Positions 29,927 through 44,250 of a DNA stretch of 64,000 nt are shown here, in pieces. The notes beneath the pieces are model-generated. The model was not told the origin of the DNA and searched no databases. It saw nothing but the letters and a program-made list of their open reading frames with translations. Position 1 is the stretch's first letter. Every line of letters starts with the position of its first letter. A program made the position numbers and the translations under genes. This DNA is from the human T2T-CHM13v2.0 reference genome, Homo sapiens. The DNA is taken from NCBI RefSeq assembly GCF_009914755.1, contig NC_060928.1; one strand, 5' to 3'.

Positions 29927-30303
29927 CATAAAATACTACACAGCCATAAAAAAGGAAGAAATTATATCCTTTGCAACAACATGGATGCAGCTGGAGGCCG
30001 CTGACCTAAGCAAATTAACACAGGAACAGAAACTCAAATACCAGATCTTCTCTCTTATAAGTGAGAGCTAAACATTGAGTCCTCATGGACATAAAGTTGG
30101 CAACAATGGACACTGAGGACTATCAGGGTGGGCAGGGTAGAAGGGAGGCAAGGGTTGAAAAACTAACTACTGGGTACTATGCTCGGTACGTGGGTGACAG
30201 GATCATGCATATCCCAAACCTCAGCATCAAGCAATATTCCCAGGGAACAAACAGGCTCATGTACCCTCTGAATCTAAAATAAAAGTCAAGGAAAAAAAGA
30301 AAA
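29927..30303 (+). mobile_element. Short 5'-truncated L1 3' end
   Basis: tactacacagccataaaaaagga...tcctttgcaacaacatggatg...; A tail; TSD aaa(g/a)cccaggtagg. Confidence 0.9.
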
Positions 30304-30519
30304 AAAACCCAGGTAGGGAATAAAGGTAGGACCACTCAGAAGCTCCCAACAAAGAGGATTTGACATGGTCTTTGAGCTAATACTGCCTAAACATACCCAT
30401 TACAATTAGTAAGAATTTTCATGAACCAATTAAGGCTGTAACTTGTTCTTGTTATCAAAAGTCGATATTTATCAGCCAAAGTCCATCTTTTTGTTTGCCA
30501 GTGGATTTATCTTCCTCCT

Positions 30520-31162
<643 letters not shown>

Positions 31163-31174
31163 GTATACCCCTCA

Positions 31175-31543
<369 letters not shown>

Positions 31544-34500
31544 TCATTGGATGCCTCTTGGTCTCTGGGATTCCTATTTCTCTATAAGGGACAACATGGT
31601 AGCTGAAGGCATTTTTGGAAATGCAGACCAAAATCCCAAAATCTCACTGCCAGCATCAAAACTCATTACCACTCTATGGCTGCCCAGCTCCTCATTCCAC
31701 CCTGCTCCATTGTGGTTCTAACCCCGTTTTCAAATGAAGTGCAATTTACATCTCTTTAACTAGACTGGGGTTATTACCATTGCAATCCTATTGATTGCAG
31801 CGCTGCTCTTAGCAACTCGCTCCAATTTGATCATCCTTAGTCATTCTTGCATAACTACATGTGTATAAACAAGCCCTGGTATTTGGCTAGCACATGTTTT
31901 GGGATGAGAAGGATCATCTTTAAATCACTAACCTGCCTGTGAAATGAACACAAAACAGTCAAAGCCCCCCACTTCAGCGATTCTTAATCCTTTAGATTTT
32001 CCTTCTGAGGAAGGTGTGAGTAGGACAAAGATCTGAGGCCGGGTTGTACAGGAGTCAGTTCCCATCTTATATGGATGCTTCATTTTAAAGGTAAGGGAAG
32101 AGAGCACAAGAGATGTGGTTGACTCACCTAAACTTTTCGCTGGTTCCTGATGGGGCAGTGAACACAGCCTACTCTTCCCAAATCCACATCTGGTACCCTG
32201 GGAACCACCCCATATAGCACCTTCATTTGTCCTGGGATATGGTCTCTAATTTAAACCCTGAGGACAGCAAAAGGAAGGCATCTGAGAACAGGAGTCTGAG
32301 TTCCAGGACTGGAACATCTCTGAGCAGTGCGAAGAGAAAAGGAACTGAGGCAGAAGTTAGGAAAGATCTAGAAGTGGAAGACAGCAAACAGGGCTCCTTG
32401 CACCTTGTTATCTTGAGACAGAAGTGGTCAGGCTTGACAAAGATAACTGCCAACTATACATGTTAAATAGTGATTTCAAAGGATGATGTAGAAAATGGCG
32501 ACTGGAAGTTGTTGACCAAGGGGCTGTACCTGGGAGTTGTTGACTAAGGGGGCTGTACCTCTCTGGTGAGAAGTAAGGAAACAGACAGATCACAGAATTT
32601 ATTAAAAAAAAAAAAAAAAAAAGACGAAGAAGAAGAAGCAAAGGTATTGTTTGATCAGGAATGGCATCACTACAACTTTATAATCTGAGAGCTCTCATTG
32701 GGTATGGTAAAAGAGAAACAGAGAAAAATCGAGAATGATCCAAACCAAATGACAGGGAAAAAGGGCTCAGCAGTGCTTCCAAGAGAAAAATCAAAGTCCA
32801 TTGCCCAAAACCCCAGCTCTTTATGATTCAGTCCCTGCCTACCTCCCCGGTCTCTTGTTCTGAAACTCCACAACCCAAGTCCTCTCTACAGCTATGGACT
32901 ATGCTGCTAAAATGAGGCAGAAGAGACGCGGTAGTTGGGACCAGGAACCTCTGGGTTTAAAACCTCAGCTCTGGGCTCAGTCATTCACTCATTTTGTGAC
33001 GAAAGGGTAGCTACTTTAAAACCCCAGACCATTCAGAGCCCTCAGGTATTCAGCGTTTCCAATGGATGTAAGGTACTCTCCAGTCTGGTCCAGTCTCTTT
33101 CCTAAGGGTCTCCAGTACAGAAGATTTGCCTCAAGGCCCAGAGTGACTCATCCCAAAGGACCCAAGCCCAGAAATCTTAGGAGATGGAGTTCATGTTTTG
33201 GGACTTTACCCAGGCAACAAAGGTTTCCGGAAGGGCAACTCTAATCCTCCCCGAATTAGTTGCCCAGCTGCAGTTTGTACAGGAGGTCTAGTATCTATCA
33301 GAAACATTCACTCGGGAAGAAACTGTATTTCCATAAGGAAACACAAAGAATGGGGGTGCCGTTAACCATTAGTTGGATATTTGGGATATGTGCTTTTTTT
33401 TTTCTTCCTTTTTTTGCCAACTCAAAATCCAGCCCTTTTCTTGTCAAATATAATAGTGCCAGAGTGAAACTGACAAGACATACAATAAAGTTGAGGTAGA
33501 GAAACACAAAGACCTAGATAGTAACCTATTTATTTTCCAGGGGAAAAAAGTAACAACTATTCTAGCAAAGAAAATAGACTAGTATTTGGTCATTGTTTTT
33601 TCCCATTTTCCCTTCAATTTAAGAGAAAAACTTTTCAAATTCACACAAAATGGTATACACTGTCTACTTTTCTGTGGCTGTCTTCAAATACATAACCTTT
33701 CAGGTCACCATGAAACACGTTTTTGAAATATGTCTCAATCTGTCTTTTGGTGTGACAATGAAATTACCAGGCAGTTCGGCATGTGACGTGACTGGATTAG
33801 GCAGCTATCATGATCCGACTCCGTTCTTTACTTCTTGAGAGAGGGACAGGAAGGATTGAAAAAAAAAAAATTCTGGATTGAAAAAAAAAATCCTGGAGCA
33901 GAATCACAGCTGATTCTTTGTACAAGGGAAGTAACCCCGCGAAATCACATCGTTCCCTTCTCCAAGAGATCTCACATCCGTTTAACTAGTGATGCAGAGC
34001 AAGGTTTGCTTAAACTCCTCTGTCACCGCTTTGCCAGCCTCCAATTTGTGACTCTATTAGCTCCATATACCTGTCCAACTTCCTTTGGACTGGCAGAGGA
34101 CATCTCCGAATGCCTGCAGACTAATGTTATATAGAAGTACTTGACCTTTTTAAGAAACACTGATCAAATTTGACTTGTATATTTCACTATATCACGGGAA
34201 CAATCATAAATGGCATCTAAAAATTCAGCAGCTGCTGGGATCAATAAGCTGCCCACATAGTAATACAGGGATGCACAATACATAAATATACTTTTTAAAA
34301 AATTTATAAAGACATGCTGCTACTGTCATAGTAGAGTCAGTTTCATTCTTATGCTAGTGCAGGGAACCTAGCTTTCAGCCTGGCCTGATTAGAAGATACC
34401 CACAGGATCAAACAAAAGCCTCACCACAAGCACCATCTTTTTGACTCAGGGCATTGTCCTAGAAGGATTATGCTAAAATGCAAATAATTCTATTTAGAAG

Positions 34501-35001
34501 TAGTAACATTTTGGCTAATTAGCAGCTTCTAACATATCTGCATGCATATATTTATTGATTTAGCTGGCAGAAAGCAAATCGTGAAGGAAAGGGGTCAAAG
34601 ACAGGTAAGTGTGATGAGGAGATGGATGGAGGGAAATCTAGGGCAAGCAGGAGTTGACTGAGAGTGTCCACACAAGGATCCCAAGGCTGCAGAGGGGCCC
34701 TGGGACCACAGAGGCCCAGCACTGCCTGCCTTGGGCCCCCTTTCTTCTTAAGGAAAGGCCAGAAAAAATGTGTCTCCAAAGTGTCTTTGGAATTTGTAAG
34801 AACAACCGTCAGAAGTCTCACTTAGAAGCAGATGCAAATAAAATGAGATTTGAGAATTTCCTCCACAATTTAAAACAAAGAAATAAAAATATTTTAACAA
34901 ATCACCCAATAGCCAAGCAAATATGATGTGATATGATGTGATATGTTGGTCTGTTCATGTATCATACATAAGCCATTCAAAATGCACATTGTACTAAAGA
35001 G

Positions 35002-35002
35002 T

Positions 35003-35033
<31 letters not shown>

Positions 35034-35065
35034 TTCCTCATCTTCCTTCTTCTCCTTCTCTCTCT
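35002..35065. repeat. (CT)n-rich polypyrimidine tract
   Basis: Direct reading. Confidence 0.85.
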
Positions 35066-35227
35066 ATCAAATGGATTTAGAGGAAACTAAGACACCGTCC
35101 CATTGAAATGGCAGCCAAACACCAAATAAGTGGCAGAGAAAAAGCTTGAATAGAGAACATTCTACACATACCAGACTCAATGGGCTCTAATAGCTGATGA
35201 TTTCCTCATTTACCTGCACTAAGAGGA

Positions 35228-35236
35228 CACACACAA

Positions 35237-35276
<40 letters not shown>
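35228..35276. repeat. Interrupted (CA)n microsatellite
   Basis: Direct reading. Confidence 0.9.
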
Positions 35277-36525
35277 CCAAGGTTTAGCAAATACTCCCAT
35301 TTAAAAACCTTCCAAACATTTCTCTTCCTTCTCTAGAATGGAGCTAACTCACTGTCAGTGAGATTTTCTATAAATGTGCTTCAATGGTCACACAGGTTAA
35401 AAAAAAAAATTAATAGTCTAAGAAGCTAGGGCTAAAGACCAAAAAGTTAAAGCGCTTACAAGGCAAATAATTTGAAGAGGCAGGATAAAATCAAAAACAG
35501 AATTTAAATGGTCCCAGCCTAAGAATTTATAAAAGACCAAGTCCTGACCTGTGACAGAGATGAGAACTTTATTGGGCACGTAATTCAGAAAGGCAGGAAA
35601 AGCTGATACACAGAACACAATGAATGTCAGGTTCAGGATTTAAATCTCAGTCTGACAGGGTCGGGAAAACCAATACAATAACGCCAGGGAGGAGAGATGT
35701 GCTGTGCAAATCCAGTGCGGTTTAGAACTTTGACTGCATAATTAGCCCGTGTTGTAATTAAGAATCTAGAGGGCCTACTGAAATGAAAGCACAATGGGCA
35801 GATTTGGATTCTGCTGCATGGAACCAGCATACTTAACACAGTAAGAGTTTTCCCTGATTTTAGCTGGACACTTTGGTAACTGACAGCCAGCGAGGCTTAT
35901 AAAGATCTTCACACTACCTGTTTATAACAGACGTGACTGACAGAAGGGAAATATTTTAAAAGTCCTTAGAGGGTGGCTGCATCTTTGGGTTTTCTATTTA
36001 GCTTCAGGAAAAAATACTTTTTCCAGTTATAGTTTCACTATCTGATCACAGAAAACTGAGTTCATTACAGGCATGAGGTCAATGCTGTGTTGATCTCTAA
36101 GCCAATGATACACTGGCATTACAGGCTTGTTTTATTTATAGAGAACCATGATATCAAATTAGATGGGAAGGAAGACAGGGAAGAATTTAGCTCCAATTAG
36201 AATAAGTGTCTCTGGAAGGCATCTACTACCAGTTTTCTAAAAATATAAGACAATGTCATGGATTCTATCTTTGTCTTTTAAAAAATCAGAGGAGAAAAGT
36301 AAGACGCTTACACACTACTGTGGTTATGTGCTAATTCAAAGGATCCACCTTTACATAGAAGTAAAGTAGCCTGGGAAAGTAATGTATCCTGTTCATTTCC
36401 ACTGCTCTTTCACGTAATCCAATAAACAGACCCCAGTGATCACTGGCTCAGCTCGTCATACTAATTGGGCAAAATGAAACAAAGTAAGATATGCTTTTCT
36501 TTTCTGTTCTGTTCTTTCTTTTTAG

Positions 36526-36683
36526 GATAGTCCTCTATTACAAGTATTTGCAACATGAAAACAAAACATCACACTCTAGAGGAATAATGGAGACACGTTA
36601 GCCTCTGCAAGAACTCCACACCACAAATTTTTGGCTCTTGGCACTTCTGAAATACTCATTTTGGGAATATTGTTTAAGGCAAG
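36526..36683 (+). ncRNA. Candidate internal non-coding exon (158 nt)
   Basis: Branch-like actaat at ~36460, ~30-nt pyrimidine tract then ag|, AAG|GTAAGA donor; stops in all three frames. Confidence 0.4.
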
Positions 36684-37454
36684 GTAAGAGGACACCAGTA
36701 ATCTTATTTTAGTAATGATGCATCAAGAAAAAACTCCACTGGCCACTTAACAACCACCAAGGTACCTAGAATCTAAAGAAAAAATGTCAGAGAAGCATCC
36801 ACTTACGGATTCAGAATCTTAAATCCTAGGGGGGTGGTGACTTTAAGAAACTGACATTTATAAGAATCAAGAAAGGAAGACCTCAGTAAAAAACGTGGTG
36901 AGCAGAAGCTCTTGGGCCCTTAATATAGTTTATCTTTCACATAAAGGTATCTTGAAAACCTTTACACAAGTCCTTTATGAGGGAATAATTTCTGAGCTGG
37001 GGCAGACATGGTCTTTCAAATCCATTCTCAGTTTAGAAAGCATTTGTAAGGAGGATTTTTCCCAGCCACCACATGAGAATTGTCTGATGCCCTTGGAAAT
37101 CTCTGTAATTAACAATAAGCCTCTTTCACAATTGAAAGTGGACCCTCATACCCTAAAGTAGCACTGATGTTTCTATTTCTGACCTACACCTTGCATTTTA
37201 TGCAATGTCTTTGTAAAAACCAAGGGCAAGAACAACCTGGAGAGAAATTTTCAAATTTTGGACCAGAGCCACCAAATCAATAATGGCAGAACAAAATGAA
37301 TTATCAACCTCCACTGCTTCAATCACAGGGAAAGGCAAGGAGTTAGCCAAAAGAGAAACTGCAGTCAATGTTAAGAAACAGAATGAATTGACTTTGAGGT
37401 AGGCTTATATCTAATTAAATGAGACTGGGGGCAAAGGTAAGGTAGACTCATCCA

Positions 37455-37550
37455 CAGCTGATAAGGAAGTGATCAGAGGAGGTGACTCAGCTCAACTGAA
37501 CTGCCTTTTCCAAGCAGAAAAGGAGAGCAGAAAGTGTTAGAGGGTGGGGG
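37455..37550. promoter_or_regulatory. Candidate enhancer core: E-box/GATA/ETS/AP-1(NF-E2)/CACCC cluster
   Basis: CAGCTGATAAGGAAGTG (37455-37471), TGACTCAGC (37483-37491), GGGTGGGG (37542-37549). Confidence 0.45.
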
Positions 37551-39589
37551 ACCCACAGTGGAGAAACTGCAAGTTTTTCAGAGGTGTGTTTTCCTTCATC
37601 CTGTGACTATATGGATTAACAATCTCAGACTCCCACCACTAGCAATTAAGTTACCATCAATATCCCAGGGTTGTGTGTGAGCCTAAAGGAATAAAATCCT
37701 TGCTGTGGGACGGCATATCAACCAAATCAAAGAAGAAAACGAAATTGGTATACATACTATTGCTTTCTTACTTGTCAGCCAACAGTTTTGAAACTTTTGG
37801 CATGTATCCGGAAGCTTTATAATGAGAATTTCCAGACTTTCGGGTCGTATCATGAGCAGACACCCATCTGATGCTGGGTGGGTCTTTGGGAGGAGTGAGC
37901 AAGCTTTATCTAAGGACAAAAAACACTCCTGATGACCTCTTCATGTATTCTCTTGTGGGCTTGGCACTAAGGTAGTCATAAAATGGGACTCACCCTGAAA
38001 TCTGTCATCAGCAATGATACCTCCCTTTATCTTGAAGACAGAGGACTTCCAGGGACCTGGTGCAGTACCTTAAGATGTGCATGGAAATGCCATGTGCGAG
38101 GCTCTGTGAGGCATCTGCTTTTAGTCTAGAGGTCTTCGCCAGTACCAAGAGGTGGAGCAGAAAAATGAAACCTCATCTATCCCACTGCACTTGCCATGCC
38201 AACATCAACTTCTAGTTACACCTGTACCCTGCACTAAAGAAAATTGCACTAAACTGTCATGTCAGACGGTCCTATCAAAGCAGCAGCATTTTTCTGCTGT
38301 GCCCTGAGCCTTTCAAACACATACTCACATATCCTGCCCCATCTGCAAACACACAGTGTTCTTTAAATGTGTACAAATGACACCTAGTGTTTTTGAAACA
38401 CTCTTAAATAAGCCCAGGATGACTCACCATTTTTCTGGTCTTGTACAGCTACTTATATGTTCGAAAATCCCCTTAAAAGTTACAAAAGTCTGTCTCAATA
38501 CTTTCAATGCATTTAAATGGCTAAAAGGTTAGACATGAAGAAGCGGGACTGGAAGGCCAATAAGAAATTAACATGCGCACTGAAAACAGTCTTTGGCCCT
38601 TTTATAGAGCTACATTCACAAGAGTTGTGCATGTGCTTAGCAGGAAATTATAGATCTTATTATTGGGGAATTGGGTGGCAGGTGCCAAAAACATGTAAAT
38701 TCACTCCATTTCCAATTCATGAAGCCTTTTGTAGCTTGGTACTATGGTTTTATTAGATTTGTACATTTAGCCCAGAACCTATTATTATAATAAAATACAA
38801 AATATAATTATTGTTTTCTTGCAGTGGGAATCTCAGAATTATCTAACACTTCATTGTTTCCCCATCAATAGTAATTCCGAGATTGGATTTTTTTTTTTTT
38901 AGATTTTTTAAAGAAATGTTGCTTCCTCTGTCTACTTTCCATAAGAGTTCTTGCTTTATGCTGCTTGACAGGAAAAGAAAGAATAAAGGAATTGAGATGG
39001 AGGTCATAAGTCACAGTGGTTTTCCTTTAATTACAGTATTGTACTTATATTTCTCATATTTTCTGCTGTTATCTCTGCCCAACCAAATCTCCATTCCTCA
39101 TTCAGTGCTCATTAGTTGAGATGGTGTTTAGGGAAAGTTGATATATAGATATGAGTTTCATATGGCCAAGTGCTCACCTACTATTACACACCAAATGGAG
39201 TTCGATACCCGTAATGGCCAATTTAGCTACTTGTCATATGACACCCAGTCCTTCATCCATCCCCTACTGATGCTCTTACAATTCCTCTTTTCTCCTCTCT
39301 CTCTACCCACTTCATGTTACTATTTTCTCTCTTCAACAGAGAATGAAAACGTTTCAGAAATACTGAGGGGGCTCACATTATCCATAAGACACTGCAAAAC
39401 TATGCTAGAGGCAACAACTTTATAGGCGGAAGGGGCCTTATAGATCACATCTTCTAGCCTGTCATTTTTCGAATGAAGATAGGGTGACCCAGGAAGATGA
39501 CACTGCCATAGCGACAGAACTCAGGACTTGCCACCCACTTAGGAAGCTATCACTGAGCCTTGGTGATGTGCCCGGCACTCAGCCAATGG

Positions 39590-40125
39590 CATCATCTCCC
39601 ATAATCCTCAAGATGTCATGAGATAGATAAGTGCTAATATAGCTTCCACGTGGATGAGGAAATCGACACACAGAGAGGTTAGGTAACTTGATAAAAGTCA
39701 CACAGATAATAAGCGGCAGTCATGTTTTGAGCCCAAGTTATAGAGCCTACTGTGTGTAGTGGTTAGAGGTAAGGTTCTGTAACCTGGGCTCAGAGCTTGA
39801 CTCTGCCAAGTTTTGTAATTTACCTAATTCCAGAGCCTCATCTCTAACCACTACACACAGTATCACCCTCTCAGTACTACCATGAACTGCCTTTATACTT
39901 AGTTATTACCTATCCACACATGTAAATGCATTGTTAGTGATGTTATTTTACAATAAATAAAATAAAGCATAGGCTTTGGTGGGTTGACTCCTGGCTCTAT
40001 CACTGATTAGCTAGAGAACTTGCAACAAGGTCATTAACTTCTTAGAGTATCTTATTTGCCAAATACAGACAATAAGAGTAGCCACTCACGGAGTTATGCT
40101 GAAAGCCAAATGAGATCACTCAGCC
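39590..40125. mobile_element. Cluster of MIR fragments in both orientations
   Basis: gatgaggaaatcgacacacagagaggttaggtaacttg; tcctggctctatcactgattagct. Confidence 0.65.
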
Positions 40126-40384
40126 TCCTCTGTGTCAGATATTGACACCCCATGTTAAAGTCCTGGACACACAGCATCTATTAAATTAAGCCACTGATCT
40201 CAACAGCATTGCAGCACTCCTGTATGTGAAATGTATGATGCTCTACAAACGTAAGTTATTATATTGGTCACTGGAGTGATCAAATGTACAAAAAGGCTTC
40301 TCAAGAACATTTTACCTATCCACCTCTCCTTGGGCATTTTACCTCTCCAGAAGATCTGTTAAGTGAATCCTATCAATCCAAGGT

Positions 40385-40388
<4 letters not shown>

Positions 40389-40437
<49 letters not shown>
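40389..40437. repeat. (TG)24 microsatellite
   Basis: Pure dinucleotide run. Confidence 0.97.
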
Positions 40438-40439
<2 letters not shown>

Positions 40440-40799
40440 GCATGTACCCATATCCACATGCTAAGTGCTAAGTGTATGAGATTACATGTAGGTGTGTACC
40501 CACATGAACATGCTAAGTGTATCTGATTACCGATTCCCTATATTTTCCTGCTTGAGACATTCTTTGGGAATTTTTACATTCTGTTTCCTATAGATATTTA
40601 CTAAAGATGGGGAAATAATAATGGTTAATATATAAGCCATTGCTATCTTTCAGGCACTTTGCTACCACAGCACATATAGCATTTTTAGACACAACTATTA
40701 GTATAATAAGTTGGATATCAAGCAATGAATCAGAAATTTAGGTTTCTTACTACACAGAAGCTTGCACTGGAAAGTCAGGTTCAACTTAGTCTAATTTTT

Positions 40800-41240
40800 T
40801 TCATCCACTCAATAGTTATTTATTGAGCATCTACTATGGATCAGGTACCAAGCTAGGCAGGCACAAGGAAAGTCTGCTCTCTTGAGGAGCTGATGGTCCA
40901 TGAAGGAAATAAGCATGCAAATAAACCATGACAAGAAAACTGCAAGTGTGCTATAAACAAGGCAAAACTCAGTGGGTTCACAGGAAAGAATGGTCTCCCC
41001 TCTCTTGGAAAATAAAGAGAAGCTTCCCAAGCATGCTTTAAGGAAACAAACCAAAATCACAGGCATCTGAGGGCTGGTGTAGTTCCAGTTGTCTCTCTAC
41101 CACTAGCTTCCTGCGTGATCTTGTACAAGTCATTTGACTTTTCTAACCCTTTGTGTCTCTATCTATAAAATGAGATTAGGGATATAAGACAGGGCTAGGA
41201 ATATCCACTCTCACAGGGTAATGAGGATCACAAACTTATG
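40800..41240. mobile_element. L2 (minus) followed by MIR (plus)
   Basis: atttattgagcatctactatg; ctgcgtgatcttgtacaagtcatttgac...atctataaaatgag. Confidence 0.6.
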
Positions 41241-43779
41241 CAGGAGGTAGAATCTAAAATCTACACATGTCAGGGGAAAATAGTGCATAGGCAGAATTCA
41301 TGCTGAGCTCCAGAGTAAGTAGTTGGCTTGTTTTGGGTAGAAAAAAAAAGTGTATATATATGGTATGAAAAATAAACCACTTTTCTTTGCACACTAGAAT
41401 CTCACTCAGGGTGGTTAATGAGTGTGCACTCTCTCAAACCCAATGCCAATGCAGCAAAATAAATGCCAGGTCAGGAAGAAGATGGGGGATTGGAAGGGAA
41501 CGGGTGGGTTTGTGTTGGCTACAGAAAGAGGAGTTTCTTCTACCTGTCTCGCTTATTCTCTCTCTGACTCTCCATGTCTCTGTGTCTCTGATCTCTCCCA
41601 CCCGCTCTCCCACCCCAGGCACCTCAGCTCTCTCCTCAGTTTTTCCACTTGAATTCAAGTAAATTAAAAGAATGCAAGGTGTACTTTGCTCTATGTCAAA
41701 AATGCTTTGTATAAATGGAAAGTGTAGTACAAATGCTGGTGACTGCTATTAGTTTAAATTAATGCCCTTAAAAGACTACCCATAATTTTCTGGAAAGGTA
41801 TGTCTTATATTAAGGCTCACAAGGAATATATAATAGACTTTGGAAGAACTAGAAGCCAAAGAGATGGAGTCTTAAATCAGAGGCATAGAGACACAGAAGT
41901 CCTTAGGAAGTTCTGGGTGTCAGGTGAGAGGAGGACTTGAATGCTTACTTCTCTTTTAATTATCTGATGCTCACACTACCCTCCTTTGTTGCCTTCAGCC
42001 AGAGCTGATAAGAAAAGGCACCAATAAATATCTTGGCAGTCTGAAGGGAGAAGCCATGTTTCATGGGACTCCCTGCTTCTACAGCTGTTGTTAAAATATT
42101 ACTGCTAATTAGCTGGCTAGTTATATATAAACCCTTACAAAGGAGTATTTTTACACAATCATAAAATAAATTAAACTACCAAAAATTCACGCTGTTAATT
42201 AAAATAACCCCTGTAGGAGGGGGAAAAATCGCTACAAGGCTGAGGTAAACAGGAGGCAATTTCACAAGCACAAACTGATTAATTTTATTTCCCATTACAT
42301 GTATTTGCTAATATCATCAAAATTGGGATATAAAGCAATTTTGCCTTGACAGTAGTTCAAACAGAGGTAGTTCTAGCAGAGGAATGTAGCTAGTCAGATA
42401 TACCCTTGGCCCTAAGGCTGTTCTCTATCTGGCAGGGGTAAGTAGCTTTTCAGCAGAGCCAGGGTCTAAGTTGGGTACACCCTAGAGGCAGGGAGGGAGA
42501 AGAGCCTCTCCCCAGTCCATCCAAGCAGCCTCACTGAACTCTGAGATCATTGGTGGCATGACCTGAGACAGTCACATCCCCCTCTCATCCAAAGATACAA
42601 AATATTTGAGGATACAAGAGAAACTCTGCTGCTGAGGGGTGGCAGGAAGACAGAGAAAGCAAACTAACCCACCTCCAGCTGTAGGAATGGTCAAGACAGT
42701 TCACTCTCAATTTGCTAACACAATTCACCCATTCTTTTAAGCATGTCTCTCCTGCCCTGGATTTTATAATGTAGCTTTACTTTTCTAAAGTTTGTGTATA
42801 CTTTCTATAGTTAAATAATTGCCCAAATTCCTTGTGGATCACTCTTTTACAAAATATCACAAAAGTTTAGTAAAAAGCAAAACAAACAAAAAAAAAGCTT
42901 AGAAAATACTTTTGTAAAAGAAAAAAAGGCTATTTAGGAAAGAATGAACTTGAACTTTCAGGGTGTCTAGCTCTTTTCTGGCAGCCAAGTTAAACAATAG
43001 ACTTGAACTCAGCTGGAAGACAGGGGTAACATTTTAATCTTCCCTGGCCTCCCCTTCCCCCAGTTGTTCCAAGCAAATATTCATCTGAAAAATAAAATGC
43101 TTCTTGCAAGCACAGACATATTATTTTGCATCCTTATTGGTCAACCAGAAAAATGTTTCAATCCCTTTGGACTCACAATGTGTTTTATCTTATAGGCTCT
43201 TAATGTGGGGGTTTTCCATTCTTATACCCATTAAAATGCATCTGCAGGCTCACGCCTTGTTTAGCACCTACTTTTATGAGATGGCTCTTCAGGAAGACCC
43301 ACCAGTTTTGTCAATGGGACGCCAAACATCTGCGAGAATAAGCAAAAATTTCAGGCCTAAATCCAGATGTTTTATCTGTGCAACTCCAAACATCCAGATG
43401 TTTCGGGAGGGGGGAAACAGTGTTTTATAAATAGTACTCTGCTTTTGACAAAGAAAATGAACAGGTGCATGAACAATCCAAAACAGCAGATAACATGGGA
43501 GAAACTCATTGTGGCTTCTGTATGTGGTTGAATATTTTATCCCTGTCGTTTTGCTCCGCTGTCAAGTTTTCTTCCAAGCCACATTTTGTACAGATTCATG
43601 TTAACATTAGCCAGCATTTCTCCAGCTATTAGGGAGGCAATAATCAGAGTGCTGTGCCCTGCTAGAACCCAACACTAGATTCTATTGATTCTCTCCTGCT
43701 TAATAACTCCAGCCCACTACTGCTGCCCTGATGAGAGATCTCTTTACCCCTCACACTGACTGCAACATGACCTTACACT

Positions 43780-44250
43780 GGATGTTCCAGCCTCCAGTTT
43801 CCACCTCCACACCACAGCCGAGTGACAGTTCTAAACCTCCACCTGAGGCTCTCACTTTTCCCACTCAAGGCTCCCTTCAGAGCCTCATCTTCAGGACAGA
43901 GCCCAACACGCCTGGTGTGGTCTATAGGGCTCTAGGCCAGCTGGCTACAGCCTCGTCCTGACGCCCACCCCCAGCACTGGCCCTGTGCTCTAGTCCATGA
44001 CAGATAACTTGATGTGTTCTGGAATATTCCTATGAGTCTTCAGGCCTGCTTATCTCTGTAGCTGCAGTTTTCCTACCTGGAACACCTTCCCTCACTTGCT
44101 GGCTTGGAAGATGCCCTCCCTTACTTCATAAGGACTCAGATGTCACGATCTCCATAAAGTCTGCTGTGACCTCAGCGGCAGAGTTTGTGGCTCTATCCTC
44201 AGTGCTCACATGACATTTATCCTAGGTTGTCTTCTCCCTCTACTGATCTA
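43780..44250 (+). mobile_element. L2 fragment
   Basis: tcctacctggaacaccttccc, ctcagatgtcac...ccataaagtct motifs. Confidence 0.5.

Noticed and set aside
32502-32560. Short direct repeats as a CRISPR-like array
   Set aside because: Only two adjacent copies, no spacers, no cas genes, and a mammalian context
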